This document shows, in pieces, positions 32,612-46,104 of a DNA stretch of 64,000 nt. Under the pieces are notes generated by a model. That model was given only the letters and a program-made list of their open reading frames with translations. It was not told the DNA's origin and did no database searches. The number at the start of each line of letters is the position of its first letter. Positions within the stretch are counted from its first letter, which is position 1. Source of the stretch: an uncultured SAR86 cluster bacterium (GTDB taxonomy: Bacteria; Pseudomonadota; Gammaproteobacteria; Magnimaribacterales; D2472); NCBI GenBank assembly GCA_902617045.1, contig CACMVA010000004.1, forward strand, positions 1,976-65,975, in the 5' to 3' direction. The translations under genes and the position numbers were made by a program.

Positions 32612-33458
32612 TTAAAAACCTTCGACCATTTTGTCTTTCGATATCTTCAACCGCTTCTATATCTGAAGCACCAGAAAATGTTATAAATTCTTTAACACCA
32701 TATATTTCGCCTCTGATAATTTGTTTAGAATTTTCTGAAATACTCTCAATTGCAATTGCAGAATTACATCCAGCATCAACTCTTTCTAAAATATTTCTTT
32801 CATACTCAATGCCATTTGTAGCTAATTTATCTTTAATATTTGAGTGAATTTCTAATAATTTTTCATTTTCATGAAAGGAATCTGTCATTTCAACAGCCAA
32901 CGTTCCTTGCCCTGAGGCAGTTATCCAATCCATTTCTTCATAATTTAGTTCATCAAGTAATCTCAATCTTTCAAGACCTGCTTTTGCCAAAATTATGCAG
33001 TCGTAATCTCCTCGATAAAGTTTTTCTAATCTTGTATCAACATTTCCATTTATATCAAAAACATTTGTTGATTTTAAGAAATGGAACGCCTGTAATTTTC
33101 TCCTTAAGCTGCTAGTACCAAGCTTCATGCTTGAATTAAAATTATTATTATCTTTAAATATCAATACATCCTTTGAAGTTCTACTAATTATAAAATTTCT
33201 TTCAATTCCATTTGTCTTTTTTGCAGGAGTATCTTTTGCAGAGTGAACTGCAATATCTGCATCTCCTCTTAAAAGACTTTTTTGAATATCTGATACAAAG
33301 TGAGCTTTATCAAAAAGCGTCTCTCCTTTTGAGCTTTTGACGTCTCCTTCAGTTTTAATCTTAATTATCTTGTAATCAGATATATTGTATTCAGATACAA
33401 ATTCGTCTACTTGGGCTAAAGCCAATTTAGAGGATCTTGTTGCTATCTTTAAAGTCAT
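32598..33458 (-). CDS. hemC: Hydroxymethylbilane synthase
   Basis: IATRSSKLALAQ, TEGD, AVHSAKD, GTSSLRR, GNVDTRL, ILAKAGLERL, cofactor Cys in AGCN. Confidence 0.92.
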   Translation of the reverse strand: MTLKIATRSSKLALAQVDEFVSEYNISDYKIIKIKTEGDVKSSKGETLFDKAHFVSDIQKSLLRGDADIAVHSAKDTPAKKTNGIERNFIISRTSKDVLIFKDNNNFNSSMKLGTSSLRRKLQAFHFLKSTNVFDINGNVDTRLEKLYRGDYDCIILAKAGLERLRLLDELNYEEMDWITASGQGTLAVEMTDSFHENEKLLEIHSNIKDKLATNGIEYERNILERVDAGCNSAIAIESISENSKQIIRGEIYGVKEFITFSGASDIEAVEDIERQNGRRFLNEHN

Positions 33459-34009
33459 TTTTTTGAAATAAGAAGTGCTCTTACGTCTCCAATCATTTTA
33501 TCTTTAATAATTTTAAACGAGTTAGGTAAATCAATTTTAGTGAATTTATTAAATTCGATATAGATTTTACAAGATAATTTTAAATTTTCATTCTTGTGGA
33601 AAATTTCTAATATTTTTTTTTCAATGTCTTGATTGAATGGAGGATCTGCAAATATTAAATCAATATTTGATAAATCATTATCCTTAATCCAATTGATACC
33701 ATTTTTAAATAGAACCTTTGAGTTTTTCTCTAAACCAAGCTCTTTAATAGAATTTCTTAATAATAAGAAGTTTTTTTTATTTGATTCTATAAAAATTGAT
33801 CTTTGAGCACCTCTTGATAAGGCTTCTATGCCTAACGCGCCAGTTCCAGCAAATAAGTCAAGACAATTGCATTCTTGAATCTCAAACTGAAGCCAGTTAA
33901 ATAATACTTCTCTTAACTTACTTGATGTAGGTCTCAATGAGGATCTGAAATCAAATGGGATTTTCTGTCCTTTGAGGCTACCTCCTGTTATTCGTATACT
34001 GTTTTTCAT
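33455..34009 (-). CDS. rsmD: 16S rRNA m2G966 methyltransferase
   Basis: IRITGG, LRPT, REVLFNWL, LDLFAGTGALGIEALSRGA, DPPF. Confidence 0.95.
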   Translation of the reverse strand: MKNSIRITGGSLKGQKIPFDFRSSLRPTSSKLREVLFNWLQFEIQECNCLDLFAGTGALGIEALSRGAQRSIFIESNKKNFLLLRNSIKELGLEKNSKVLFKNGINWIKDNDLSNIDLIFADPPFNQDIEKKILEIFHKNENLKLSCKIYIEFNKFTKIDLPNSFKIIKDKMIGDVRALLISKK

Positions 34010-34041
34010 CTATAATATTTTTATTAAGTATAATTCAAACT

Positions 34042-34506
34042 ATGAGTATTCAAGATAATTTTAGATTAGCAATGAGAAGATATGTTTACTCAGTAAGCAT
34101 TCTTTCAAATAAGGATTCTGATGGTAATTCAAATGCAATAACCGTATCTTCTGTAACATCAATCTCTATGGACCCTCCAAGCTTATTGGTTTGCATCAAT
34201 AAAAACTCTAGAATTCATAATAGCCTAACTGTTGGCTCTAAATTTTGTATTAATCTTCTTAATAAAGATCAAGAGGATCTTTCCAATATATGTTCTGATG
34301 ATGATAAATATGACCAAAGATTTAATGATAAAAATTGGAATCTTGATGATGTTCCATTCTTAGCAAATGCACAATCAAATATCTTTTGTTCCATTGAGAA
34401 TGTAACATCTTTCCATACTCATTCGATTATTGTCGGTCTTGTAGAGGATTCAAAGTATAAAAATGAAATAAAAACTCTCACCTACGTGGACGGAGAGTAT
34501 TCATAG
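34042..34506 (+). CDS. Flavin reductase-like protein
   Basis: FRLAMRR, SVTSISMDPPSLLVCIN, FCINLL, THSIIVG, LTYVDG. Confidence 0.88.
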   Translation: MSIQDNFRLAMRRYVYSVSILSNKDSDGNSNAITVSSVTSISMDPPSLLVCINKNSRIHNSLTVGSKFCINLLNKDQEDLSNICSDDDKYDQRFNDKNWNLDDVPFLANAQSNIFCSIENVTSFHTHSIIVGLVEDSKYKNEIKTLTYVDGEYS

Positions 34507-34510
34507 TTTT

Positions 34511-35119
34511 TTAGAATTTATTAAAGAATTTTTCTAGGTAAGAATCCAAATTCTTACTAATTAAATTAATTGCCTTGAATGGGGTATCTGGCATTTCCAC
34601 AAGTTTAACAGGAACCACTTCCAGTTTTCTAAGAAGACCAACCATTCCATGAATCTTAGCCCATATATCAATACAGCTTTCTTCTATGTATAAATCATCT
34701 TTATTTTTTGAGAATTCTTTAAATGTTGAACGAATATGAAGATATGTTTTATTTGCTGCCTCAAAGAGCATTGGATATTTTGTAAAGTCTTTAATTGCAG
34801 TTCCAAACATAAGGTCATATATATTTGCATTTTTTAGACCAAATTTTATATAAGCTTTTGCACCATCTATTAAATTTCTCTTAGAATCATTTGAATCATA
34901 TTTAGATATGGCTTTATGAATCTTATTAAAACCCTCTATTGCAACTTCAGCATAGAGATCTTCTTTTGTTTTAAAGTGTCTATACGGAGCGGTTTGAGAA
35001 ACATTACTCTCTTTGGCAAGAGACCTAATACTGAGTTTAGTATATCCATCGCGCTCACACATTTTAAGTGCGCAATCGAGCAGTTCTTTTTTTAGATTTC
35101 CATGATGATAAGAATTCAT
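34511..35119 (-). CDS. TetR/AcrR-family regulator (WHG-type C-terminus)
   Basis: YHHGNLKKEL, LSIRSLA...VSQTAPYRHF HTH, YDLMFG, WAKIHG. Start moved to ATG 35119 because the ORF-track extension runs through the operator region. Confidence 0.92.
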   Translation of the reverse strand: MNSYHHGNLKKELLDCALKMCERDGYTKLSIRSLAKESNVSQTAPYRHFKTKEDLYAEVAIEGFNKIHKAISKYDSNDSKRNLIDGAKAYIKFGLKNANIYDLMFGTAIKDFTKYPMLFEAANKTYLHIRSTFKEFSKNKDDLYIEESCIDIWAKIHGMVGLLRKLEVVPVKLVEMPDTPFKAINLISKNLDSYLEKFFNKF

Positions 35120-35129
35120 TTGACTATAA

Positions 35130-35180
35130 TAATGTTGACACTGCTTACATAATACATTAATGTTTACACTGCTTACATTA
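35130..35180. promoter_or_regulatory. Two tandem 23-bp imperfect palindromes (putative TetR operators) in the divergent tetR/RND promoter
   Basis: TAATGTTGACACTGCTTACATAA (35130-35152) and TAATGTTTACACTGCTTACATTA (35158-35180), dyad ATGT-N3-CA-N-TG-N3-ACAT; each contains a -35-like TTGACA/TTTACA. Confidence 0.8.
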
Positions 35181-35205
35181 AAATCTTTAATAGTAAAAGT
35201 CAAAT

Positions 35206-36171
35206 ATGATAAAAATTTTTAATACTTTAGTTTTGTTTTTAGTATCTTTGAATATTTATTCAATTGAGGTTCTAGAAGTTGAGATATTAGATTCTTATCA
35301 GTTAAAAAAAGAATTTCCTGGAAAACTACTACCAGTTGAACAATCAAAATTAGCCTTTGAAATACCAGGAAAAATTAAATTTATATATGTTGATGTTGGT
35401 GACAAGGTCGAAAAAGGGCAAATCTTAGCAAAATTAGACGACAGGGAGGCTAATGCAAGATTAAATCAAGCTAAGGCTAGTTATGAACTTTCTGTTCAGG
35501 TCTTTGATAGATTTGAAGATTTGAGACAGCAAGGACACATTTCTATTCAAGATTTGGACAAAGCAAGATCAGATTTAACTATAGCTAAATCACAGTATGA
35601 GTTCTATAAAGTAAAACTTGAACAAACCAATCTTATGTCTCCATATTCAGGAATAATTCAAAGTAGATTTCTTGATAGTGGAACAGTTATTAGTCAAGGC
35701 ATTCCAATATTGGAAATAATAGATTCAGATTATGTAGAAGCTCATATTTCAGTTCCAGTTTTATATTTAAATGATATGGAAATTGGTAATGAGTATGATT
35801 TTGAGGTTGATGGGAAAAAAACTAAAGCAGAATTTTCAAGGTTGGCTCCAATGTCACCAGGTGGCTCTGACAGTAGATTAGCTATTTTTAAATTTAACAG
35901 TTTTTTAAATCCTGGCTCCATAGCAAAGCTTAATATAAAAATAAATAAACAATCTAGAGGAACATGGGTTCCACTCAGATCACTTTCACAGTCTGATCAA
36001 GGCTTATGGGCTTTATACACTATTAACGAAGAAAACACCGTTGTAAGAGATTTGGTTGAGATAGTATATTTTGAAGATCAATATGCTTTCGTTAATGGAA
36101 CAATAAAAGATGGAGATCTGATTGTTCTAGGAGGCGCAACTAAAATTATTCCTGGTAAAAAAATAGATTAA
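35206..36171 (+). CDS. RND efflux membrane-fusion (adaptor) protein
   Basis: LAFEIPGKI...VDVGDKVEKGQILAKLD lipoyl half, coiled hairpin, SPYSGII, WVP. Confidence 0.92.
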   Translation: MIKIFNTLVLFLVSLNIYSIEVLEVEILDSYQLKKEFPGKLLPVEQSKLAFEIPGKIKFIYVDVGDKVEKGQILAKLDDREANARLNQAKASYELSVQVFDRFEDLRQQGHISIQDLDKARSDLTIAKSQYEFYKVKLEQTNLMSPYSGIIQSRFLDSGTVISQGIPILEIIDSDYVEAHISVPVLYLNDMEIGNEYDFEVDGKKTKAEFSRLAPMSPGGSDSRLAIFKFNSFLNPGSIAKLNIKINKQSRGTWVPLRSLSQSDQGLWALYTINEENTVVRDLVEIVYFEDQYAFVNGTIKDGDLIVLGGATKIIPGKKID

Positions 36172-36175
36172 TTAA

Positions 36176-39100
36176 ATGAAATTTATAAGCGTTTTTCTAG
36201 AGAGACCAAGAATATTATTTCTTACTTTAGCTTTTATCCTTCTTTCAGGGATTTCATCATTAGTTAGCGTTCCTATTCAAGAAAATCCGGAACTTGCAGA
36301 GAGATGGGGAAACGTGAGTGTTTTTTATCCAGGAGCATCTCCTGAGAGAATTGAAACACAAGTAATTAACGATCTAGAAATAAAGTTAAGAGAAATAGTT
36401 GAGATAGATGAACTAGACTCAATAATTTCTCAAGGCTATTCAAAAACTCATATAGAGTTAGAAGACAGTGTACCATTTGGAAAAATTGAAGAAACTTGGT
36501 CAAGAATTCAGGGAAAGGTCGATCAAATAATTCCTCCAGATAATGTGGCCTTGATTCTTAATAGAACAGCTGGACCGCCAATAACTCTGGAATATGCTAT
36601 TGACTGGAATGGTGATGGAGAACCTCCATTAATCATGATGTCTAGATTGGCTCAACAATTAAAAAGAAAATTTAGTTCTATATCACTTACAAAAGAAACT
36701 GCAGTCTATGGAGCAACAGATGAAGAAATAGTTGTTGAAATAGATTCAGCAAAAATGTCTTCATTAAATTTAACTTATCAAGATGTAGCAAAAGCAATTA
36801 GTTCATTTGATAACAAAAAACCTGTTGGTGTTGTCTCTGATGATAGGTCTGAATACCTTATTAGACTAAAAGATAATATAAATTCACCACAAAAGGTTGG
36901 TGAAATTCCAATAAAAGTTCTGAATAACTCTGAAATTATAAGAATTCAGGATATTGGCAGTGTTTCCATTCAACCTGGAACACCAATAGAAGATATTTTT
37001 TTATATAACGGTAAAAAAGTTATTTCAGTATCGACAACCGGCACGATGTCTCAACGAGTTTATGACTATGTTGATAGAGTAGAAGCAGTCGTTGAAGAAA
37101 TGAGGGAGGTTCTCCCAGAGGAATTTAGCATTGAAGAAATTTATGACGAATCGTTATATGTTTCGTCAAAATTTAGTGAGTTGATTAAGAGTTTTTCATT
37201 AGCAGCCTTTTTTGTATTAAGTATAAGTTTCTTTCTTCTTGGAATAAGGCCGGGATTAATTGTTACAGCTATTTTGCCATTTTCAGTTTCATTAGTTTTA
37301 TTAGGTTGTCAACTTATAGGACTGCCGTTACATATGACCTCGATAACAGGAATAATAATTGCCTTGGGGTTATTAATTGATAACGGGATTATCGTTGTTG
37401 AGGACTATAAATTCAGAAGATCTCAAGGCCTATCAATAAAAGAGTCTATTAATGAAACTTTAATCCAGCTTACAACACCATTAGCTGCTGCAACTGGCAC
37501 TACAGTGTTTGCTTTTATGCCAATTGTTACAGGCGAAGGCTCTAGTGTTGAGTTTGTAGGAGGTCTAGCAATAACAGTAATAATGTCTATAGTTTCATCT
37601 CTAGTTTTGGCATTAATAATGGTACCTGTTCTTATGAGCTACATGGAAAAAATACCTTATTTTGCAAATATAAAGGTTCATGAAGAAGGCTACAACAATA
37701 AAAGGTTGCATGCGCAATATAGAAAATTTTTAACTTGGGCTTTTGATGTTCCTAGAAGAGCAATACTAATTTCTTTATCTCTACCAGTATTAGGATTTCT
37801 ATTATTTGGAACAATTGAGAAAGATTTTTTCCCATCGAGTGATAGAGATATGTTTAGAGTTCATATTGATTTACCGGAAAATTCTTCGTCAAACAAGACT
37901 GCAGAAAAAGCAAAAAAAATAAGAAAAGAAATTATAGAAAGCAATTTAATTGAGATTGAAAAAGATTATTGGTTTGTTGGGAGATGGATGCCAAGAGTAT
38001 TAATGAATATTGTTGGAGGAAAAGAAAAAACTGGATCAAACAACTCTGCTCAAGCTGTTTTTTTTGCAAAAGATTATTATGAGATGATTGAAAATCTTCC
38101 AGATCTATCAAGGTTAATAGTTTCAAAAAATCCTGATCTAGTTGTTTATATTGATAGTTTTTATTCTGGGCCGCCATTCTTTTCGGATATTAGATATGAC
38201 ATCTTTGGGGATGATGAAAACGTTCTCGTAGAATTAGGATCTGAACTTGAGCTAATAATAAATAATGCTCCAGACATCAGTCATACCAGATCAGAAGCAA
38301 CTAACTCAAATACTAATGTTGAATTTGAATTTGATAGTTCAAATATATCTTTATCAGGAAAAAATACAGAACTTATGGTGAATGAATTATTTGCAGCTAA
38401 TAACGGTCTCCTAATTAGCTCTATGCTAGATTCAAATATAGAAATACCCATTAGACTCAAAGGAATTTCAAATTCATCTGATTTAACAGGAGGTTCAAAT
38501 TCATTGTCTATCCCATCATCTAACAATATTGATTTAATAGGTAATTATTCAACAACTTCTTTAAATAAAAGCACAAGCACTATTACAAGAATAAGCAGCC
38601 AGAGAGTAAACATTGTTGAAGGCTGGGTTTGGACAGGAAAGTTAGCATCAGAAACTGAGATATATATAAAAGATGAAATTGAAAGATTTAAAAGTAATTT
38701 ACCTCCTGGCTATACATTGAGACAAAGTGGTGAGGCTGAGGTAAGAGGTGAGTCTCAATCACAAATTTGGTCATCAGCGATTATTTACATTTTCCTCATA
38801 ACTATAGGGTTGGTATTTGCATTAAATTCATTTAGAGAAACTATACTAATCCTTTCTGTAGCACTTTTATCAATTGGATTATCCTTTATGGGTTTAAAAA
38901 TTGGATTTCAAAATTTTGGATTTATAGCAACTATTGGAGCAATTGGAATAATAGGTCTATCAATTAATGATTCAATTATAGTTCTTTCCCACATCAAAGA
39001 AAGGGCGAAAAAATCTTTAATGACAAAAACTGATCTTATAGAAGTAGTTATAAGATCTACAAGACACATTATTACAACGTCGCTAACAACGCTGGGTGGA

Positions 39101-39238
39101 TTTGTCCCTTTAATATTTGCAAGTATTTTCTTTAGGCCGCTAGCATGGGCAATGAGTATTGGAGTTTTAGGAGCAACACTTACTGCGCTTTTATATATTC
39201 CAGCCATGTATATATGGATGAAAAAGGTTAAGAATTAG
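36176..39238 (+). CDS. RND efflux permease (AcrB/AcrD/AcrF family)
   Basis: 1020 aa; YPGASPERIE, ALGLLIDNGIIVVE, FFPSSDR, RHIITTSLTT. Confidence 0.93.
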   Translation: MKFISVFLERPRILFLTLAFILLSGISSLVSVPIQENPELAERWGNVSVFYPGASPERIETQVINDLEIKLREIVEIDELDSIISQGYSKTHIELEDSVPFGKIEETWSRIQGKVDQIIPPDNVALILNRTAGPPITLEYAIDWNGDGEPPLIMMSRLAQQLKRKFSSISLTKETAVYGATDEEIVVEIDSAKMSSLNLTYQDVAKAISSFDNKKPVGVVSDDRSEYLIRLKDNINSPQKVGEIPIKVLNNSEIIRIQDIGSVSIQPGTPIEDIFLYNGKKVISVSTTGTMSQRVYDYVDRVEAVVEEMREVLPEEFSIEEIYDESLYVSSKFSELIKSFSLAAFFVLSISFFLLGIRPGLIVTAILPFSVSLVLLGCQLIGLPLHMTSITGIIIALGLLIDNGIIVVEDYKFRRSQGLSIKESINETLIQLTTPLAAATGTTVFAFMPIVTGEGSSVEFVGGLAITVIMSIVSSLVLALIMVPVLMSYMEKIPYFANIKVHEEGYNNKRLHAQYRKFLTWAFDVPRRAILISLSLPVLGFLLFGTIEKDFFPSSDRDMFRVHIDLPENSSSNKTAEKAKKIRKEIIESNLIEIEKDYWFVGRWMPRVLMNIVGGKEKTGSNNSAQAVFFAKDYYEMIENLPDLSRLIVSKNPDLVVYIDSFYSGPPFFSDIRYDIFGDDENVLVELGSELELIINNAPDISHTRSEATNSNTNVEFEFDSSNISLSGKNTELMVNELFAANNGLLISSMLDSNIEIPIRLKGISNSSDLTGGSNSLSIPSSNNIDLIGNYSTTSLNKSTSTITRISSQRVNIVEGWVWTGKLASETEIYIKDEIERFKSNLPPGYTLRQSGEAEVRGESQSQIWSSAIIYIFLITIGLVFALNSFRETILILSVALLSIGLSFMGLKIGFQNFGFIATIGAIGIIGLSINDSIIVLSHIKERAKKSLMTKTDLIEVVIRSTRHIITTSLTTLGGFVPLIFASIFFRPLAWAMSIGVLGATLTALLYIPAMYIWMKKVKN

Positions 39239-39446
39239 TACATTCTTTTGAGCAATATTTTTTTCCGAACCTTGAAATAAGCAGATCCTCATGTACAAAT
39301 GTTCCGCACGAATCACAAGAAATCATTTCTTTTGATTTTTGTGTAGTCTTTTTTGTAAATAAGGTTGAGAGTATGTATGACTTAGCTAATCTGATTAATA
39401 TTAGAATTAGGAATGGTGCTAATAATGGTATTAACTTAACAATCAC
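39228..39446 (-). CDS. PP0621-like small membrane-anchored Cys-cluster protein
   Basis: N-terminal TM, MISCDSCGTFV...YCSKEC; follows bamD as in Pseudomonadales. Confidence 0.7.
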   Translation of the reverse strand: MIVKLIPLLAPFLILILIRLAKSYILSTLFTKKTTQKSKEMISCDSCGTFVHEDLLISRFGKKYCSKECTNS

Positions 39447-39448
39447 TA

Positions 39449-40267
39449 TTATTCGTCTTTTTTATCAGGTCTATCAAGGAAGTTCCAAGACCATTCTCTT
39501 GTTCTTGAAGTCTGATTAGACTCTTTACCTAAATAATTAGAACTTAGAACTTGCCTAACATCCTCAAGAAGTTCTGTATAGCCTAATGCTTCATAACTTT
39601 CTTCAAGAATCTTAAGAGCTCTATAGTTTTCACTAGAATTTGGAATATTTTCAATAACATAATTTGCTCTTCTAATCGCTCCGACATGCGCGTCAATTGT
39701 AAGGTAATAATCTGCAGCACTTAATTCACTTTTTGCTATCAAATTTCTAAGATAAATATTCCTTTGTTTTGCATATGAAACATATTGACTATCTGGAAAT
39801 CTTGTAATGAACTCAGTTAACTCAGCAAACGAGGCTTTTGCTCCAGAGACATCTCTATTAGATATATCAGTATCAGTAAATCTTATTAGTAAGTCTCTGT
39901 CTCTTGTATAGCTTGAAAGACCTTTCATGAAATATGCATAATCAATATTAGGATGCCTTGGATGTAACCTAATAAATTTTTCAGCAGCAGAGTGTGCAGC
40001 TTCTGTTTCAGTATTCATAAAATGAGCATAAATTAGCTCAATTTGAGCTTGTTCAGCATATTTACCAAATGGATATCTTGTATCTATGGCTTCTAGAGAT
40101 TCAATAGCCCCAAAGTAATTACCAGATGACATTCTTGCTTGCGCCTGGTCATAATATATTTTTTCAGGTTGTTCAATTTCCTCTCCATCAGATTTGCATC
40201 CGGCAATAATTAAAGTTAGAAATAAACCAAATATAAGTGTTTTGATATTTTTTTTAAAATCTTTCAT
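39449..40267 (-). CDS. bamD: Outer membrane protein assembly factor BamD
   Basis: Lipobox IIAGC, RYPFGKYAEQAQ, FIRLHPRHPNIDYAYFMKGL, FPDSQY; divergent from rluD. Confidence 0.95.
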   Translation of the reverse strand: MKDFKKNIKTLIFGLFLTLIIAGCKSDGEEIEQPEKIYYDQAQARMSSGNYFGAIESLEAIDTRYPFGKYAEQAQIELIYAHFMNTETEAAHSAAEKFIRLHPRHPNIDYAYFMKGLSSYTRDRDLLIRFTDTDISNRDVSGAKASFAELTEFITRFPDSQYVSYAKQRNIYLRNLIAKSELSAADYYLTIDAHVGAIRRANYVIENIPNSSENYRALKILEESYEALGYTELLEDVRQVLSSNYLGKESNQTSRTREWSWNFLDRPDKKDE

Positions 40268-40352
40268 AGATATTCTGATAATTTTACCTTCATAATTACA
40301 TTTTGGATTATAAAAACATAAAATTAGAACAATTATTTTTGAATTAGTTCAA

Positions 40353-41288
40353 ATGGAAGTTACAAAAAAAATTACAGAAGATCTCTCTATGGAGAGATTT
40401 GATAAGGCATGTGCATTAATTTTTAATGATTACTCTAGATCTCAGCTCAAAAAATGGATTATTGAAGGGCGAGTTCTGCTTAATAACGAAATAGCATCAC
40501 CAAAAGAAATTGTGACGACAGATGATGAGATAAGCTTAAATCCCATATTTAAGAAAATAATCCAATGGGAGCCTGAGAATATTGATTTTGAAGTTATTCA
40601 TGAAGATGAGAATTTTTTAATAATCAATAAACCAAGCAAATTAGTTATCCATCCTGGATCAGGCTGTGACAGTGGAACTTTAGCAAATGGACTGTTGTTT
40701 AAGTATCCTGAGCTAAATAAGATGCCAAGAGCTGGTATTGTTCATAGACTTGATAAAGATACATCTGGGATATTATTAGTTGCAAGAACAGAAAAGTTTA
40801 GAAATTATTTTGTTAGCCTTCTTCAAGAAAGAAAAGTAAAAAAAATCTATAAAGCTGTGGTTGTTGGAAAGATAATCGGTAGTTTTCAGATCAATGAACC
40901 TATTGGTAGAGATAAAACGAATAGAATTAAAATGTCAATTAGATCAGATGGAAAGGAAGCAATTTCCTTTGTAAAACTGCATGAAAGTTTAGGTAATTAT
41001 TCAGTTGTGGATGTATCAATTGAAACAGGAAGAACGCATCAAATAAGGGTTCATTTAGCAAATAAAAAATTACCTATAATTGGAGATAAAACTTATAATT
41101 CAGCCGGAAATATTGCAAAAGAAACTTCTCAAGAGTTGACCGAGTCAATAAGGTCTTTTCCAAGGCAAGCACTTCATTCATGTAATTTATCTTTTAAAGA
41201 TATTTCTTCAGATAACATCATATCTTTTGAGTCAGACTTACCAAATGACATCAAAACACTCATAAATACAATTAAAAAACATATTTAA
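40353..41288 (+). CDS. rluD: 23S rRNA pseudouridine synthase D
   Basis: S4 domain, NKPS, HRLDKDTSG, ETGRTHQIRVH, RQALH. Confidence 0.93.
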   Translation: MEVTKKITEDLSMERFDKACALIFNDYSRSQLKKWIIEGRVLLNNEIASPKEIVTTDDEISLNPIFKKIIQWEPENIDFEVIHEDENFLIINKPSKLVIHPGSGCDSGTLANGLLFKYPELNKMPRAGIVHRLDKDTSGILLVARTEKFRNYFVSLLQERKVKKIYKAVVVGKIIGSFQINEPIGRDKTNRIKMSIRSDGKEAISFVKLHESLGNYSVVDVSIETGRTHQIRVHLANKKLPIIGDKTYNSAGNIAKETSQELTESIRSFPRQALHSCNLSFKDISSDNIISFESDLPNDIKTLINTIKKHI

Positions 41289-41354
41289 AAATTCCTAAAA
41301 AGCTTGTTTTTACAAGTAAGATTAATGTATAAACCTTTTTCTTAGGTAAATATT

Positions 41355-43087
41355 ATGAAATTGGCCGGTAATGACATATTAATTCAATCTCTTATAGAGG
41401 AGGGAGTTGAATATATTTTTGGTTATCCAGGCGGTGCAGCTCTTCATATATATGACTCAATTTTTAAGCAAAAAGAAATGGAACACATTCTTGTTAGACA
41501 TGAACAAGGCGCTACTCATGCCGCTGATGGTTACGCAAGAGCAACAGGAAAGCCTGGAGTAGTTTTGGTTACTTCTGGTCCAGGGGCCACTAATGCAATA
41601 ACCGGAATAGCAACTGCATTTATGGACTCTATACCAATGATTGTTATATCAGGCCAAGTTGCAAAACACCTTATTGGCACAGACGCTTTTCAAGAAACTG
41701 ATATGATTGGTATTTCACGTCCGATTGTAAAACATAGTTTCACTGTCGATAGTGCAGAAAATATACCAGAAATTGTTAAACAAGCCTTTCATATTGCAAC
41801 TTCTGGGAGACCTGGCCCTGTCGTAATAGACGTTCCTAAAGATACTACTGCGCCAGATAAGTTATTTGAATTTAAATATCCTAATGATGTAAATATTAGA
41901 TCTTATAAACCTCCAATTGATCCTGATCCAAGACAAATTGAAAGAGCCGTAGATGCAATCATAGAATCAAATAAACCTGTTATTTATGCTGGAGGTGGTG
42001 CAATAAATAGCAATGCCTCTGAAGAGCTTATTCGATTAAATGAAATCTTAGATTTTCCAGTTACCAATACTCTTATGGGATTAGGTGTTTATCCTGCTAC
42101 TCATAAAAGATTCTTGGGAATGCTTGGCATGCATGGGACATACCAAGCGAATATGTCAATGCATAATGCAGATTTGATAATTGCAATTGGAGCAAGATTC
42201 GATGACAGGATTACCAACACACCAAAATTATTTGCTCCTAAAGCAAAAATAATACATTTAGATGTTGATTACTCATCAGTATCTAAAATTATTGAGGCAA
42301 ATATCGCAGTATTTGGTCAAGTTAAAAACGCATTATTAGAGATGATTAAATTATTAGAAGTTAAAAAAGAATTAATTGACCCAAAAAAGATTCTCCCTTG
42401 GAAAGAACAAATTTCGGATTGGAAATCACAACATGGTTTAAATCATGAAATGCACTTATGTGAAACGGACGATAAACCAATAATGCCACAAGCAGTTGTT
42501 CAACATTTATACAACATTACAAATGGAAAAGCATTTATAACTTCTGATGTAGGACAACATCAAATGTTTGCCGCTCAGTATTATCATTTTGATGAACCAA
42601 GAAAATGGATCAATTCTGGTGGCTTGGGAACAATGGGCTTTGGTTTACCTGCTGCAATGGGCGCAAAACTTGCATATCCAAATGATGAAGTAATTTGTAT
42701 TACAGGCGAGGGTAGTATTCAAATGTGTATTCAGGAATTATCTACATGCACTCAATATAATTTACCTATAAAAATAATTAATATTAATAATGAGGCTCTT
42801 GGGATGGTTAAACAATGGCAAGACATGAATTATGGAGGACGTCATTCAGCTAGCACCTATCAGAGCTCATTACCTAACTTTGTTGAGCTAGCAGAATCAT
42901 ATGGACATGTTGGAATAAAAATTGAAAAAAATTCTGAATTAAAAAGTGGACTCGAAAAGGCACTTTCTATGAAAGATAGATTGGTATTTGTAGATGTTTA
43001 TGTTGACCCTAACGAGCATGTTTATCCAATGCTTGTTGCGCCAAACGGTAGTTTAAAAGATATGTGGCTAGATAAAGAGACTAAAAC

Positions 43088-43091
<4 letters not shown>
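41355..43091 (+). CDS. ilvI: Acetolactate synthase III large subunit
   Basis: FGYPGGA, RHEQGA, TSGPGATN, DVGQHQM, SGGLGTMGFG, GMVKQWQ. Confidence 0.95.
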
Positions 43092-44415
<1,324 letters not shown>

Positions 44416-44420
44416 TAAAA

Positions 44421-44492
44421 AAAGGCTTTCTTCTTACATCTAAGTCCGTTAGAATACGCTTCCCGACCTTCGAGTCGGATAGTTCTTTAAAA
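44421..44492 (+). promoter_or_regulatory. rRNA promoter/leader: -10 element, boxB-like hairpin and boxA
   Basis: TAGAAT (44450-44455), GC-rich discriminator ACGCTTCC, hairpin CCGAC-cttcga-GTCGG, boxA-like AGTTCTTTAAAA (44481-44492); the -35 is poor. Confidence 0.65.
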
Positions 44493-44570
44493 TATTTGGT
44501 TACTCGTGTGGGTGTTCAAAATACGAGAAAAAATTTAGATTTTTTATTTAAAAATCAACAAACATGATAT

Positions 44571-46104
<1,534 letters not shown>

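Noticed and set aside
41289-41354. Possible ilv attenuator leader
   Set aside because: No Ile/Leu/Val-rich peptide and no terminator hairpin in the 66-bp gap
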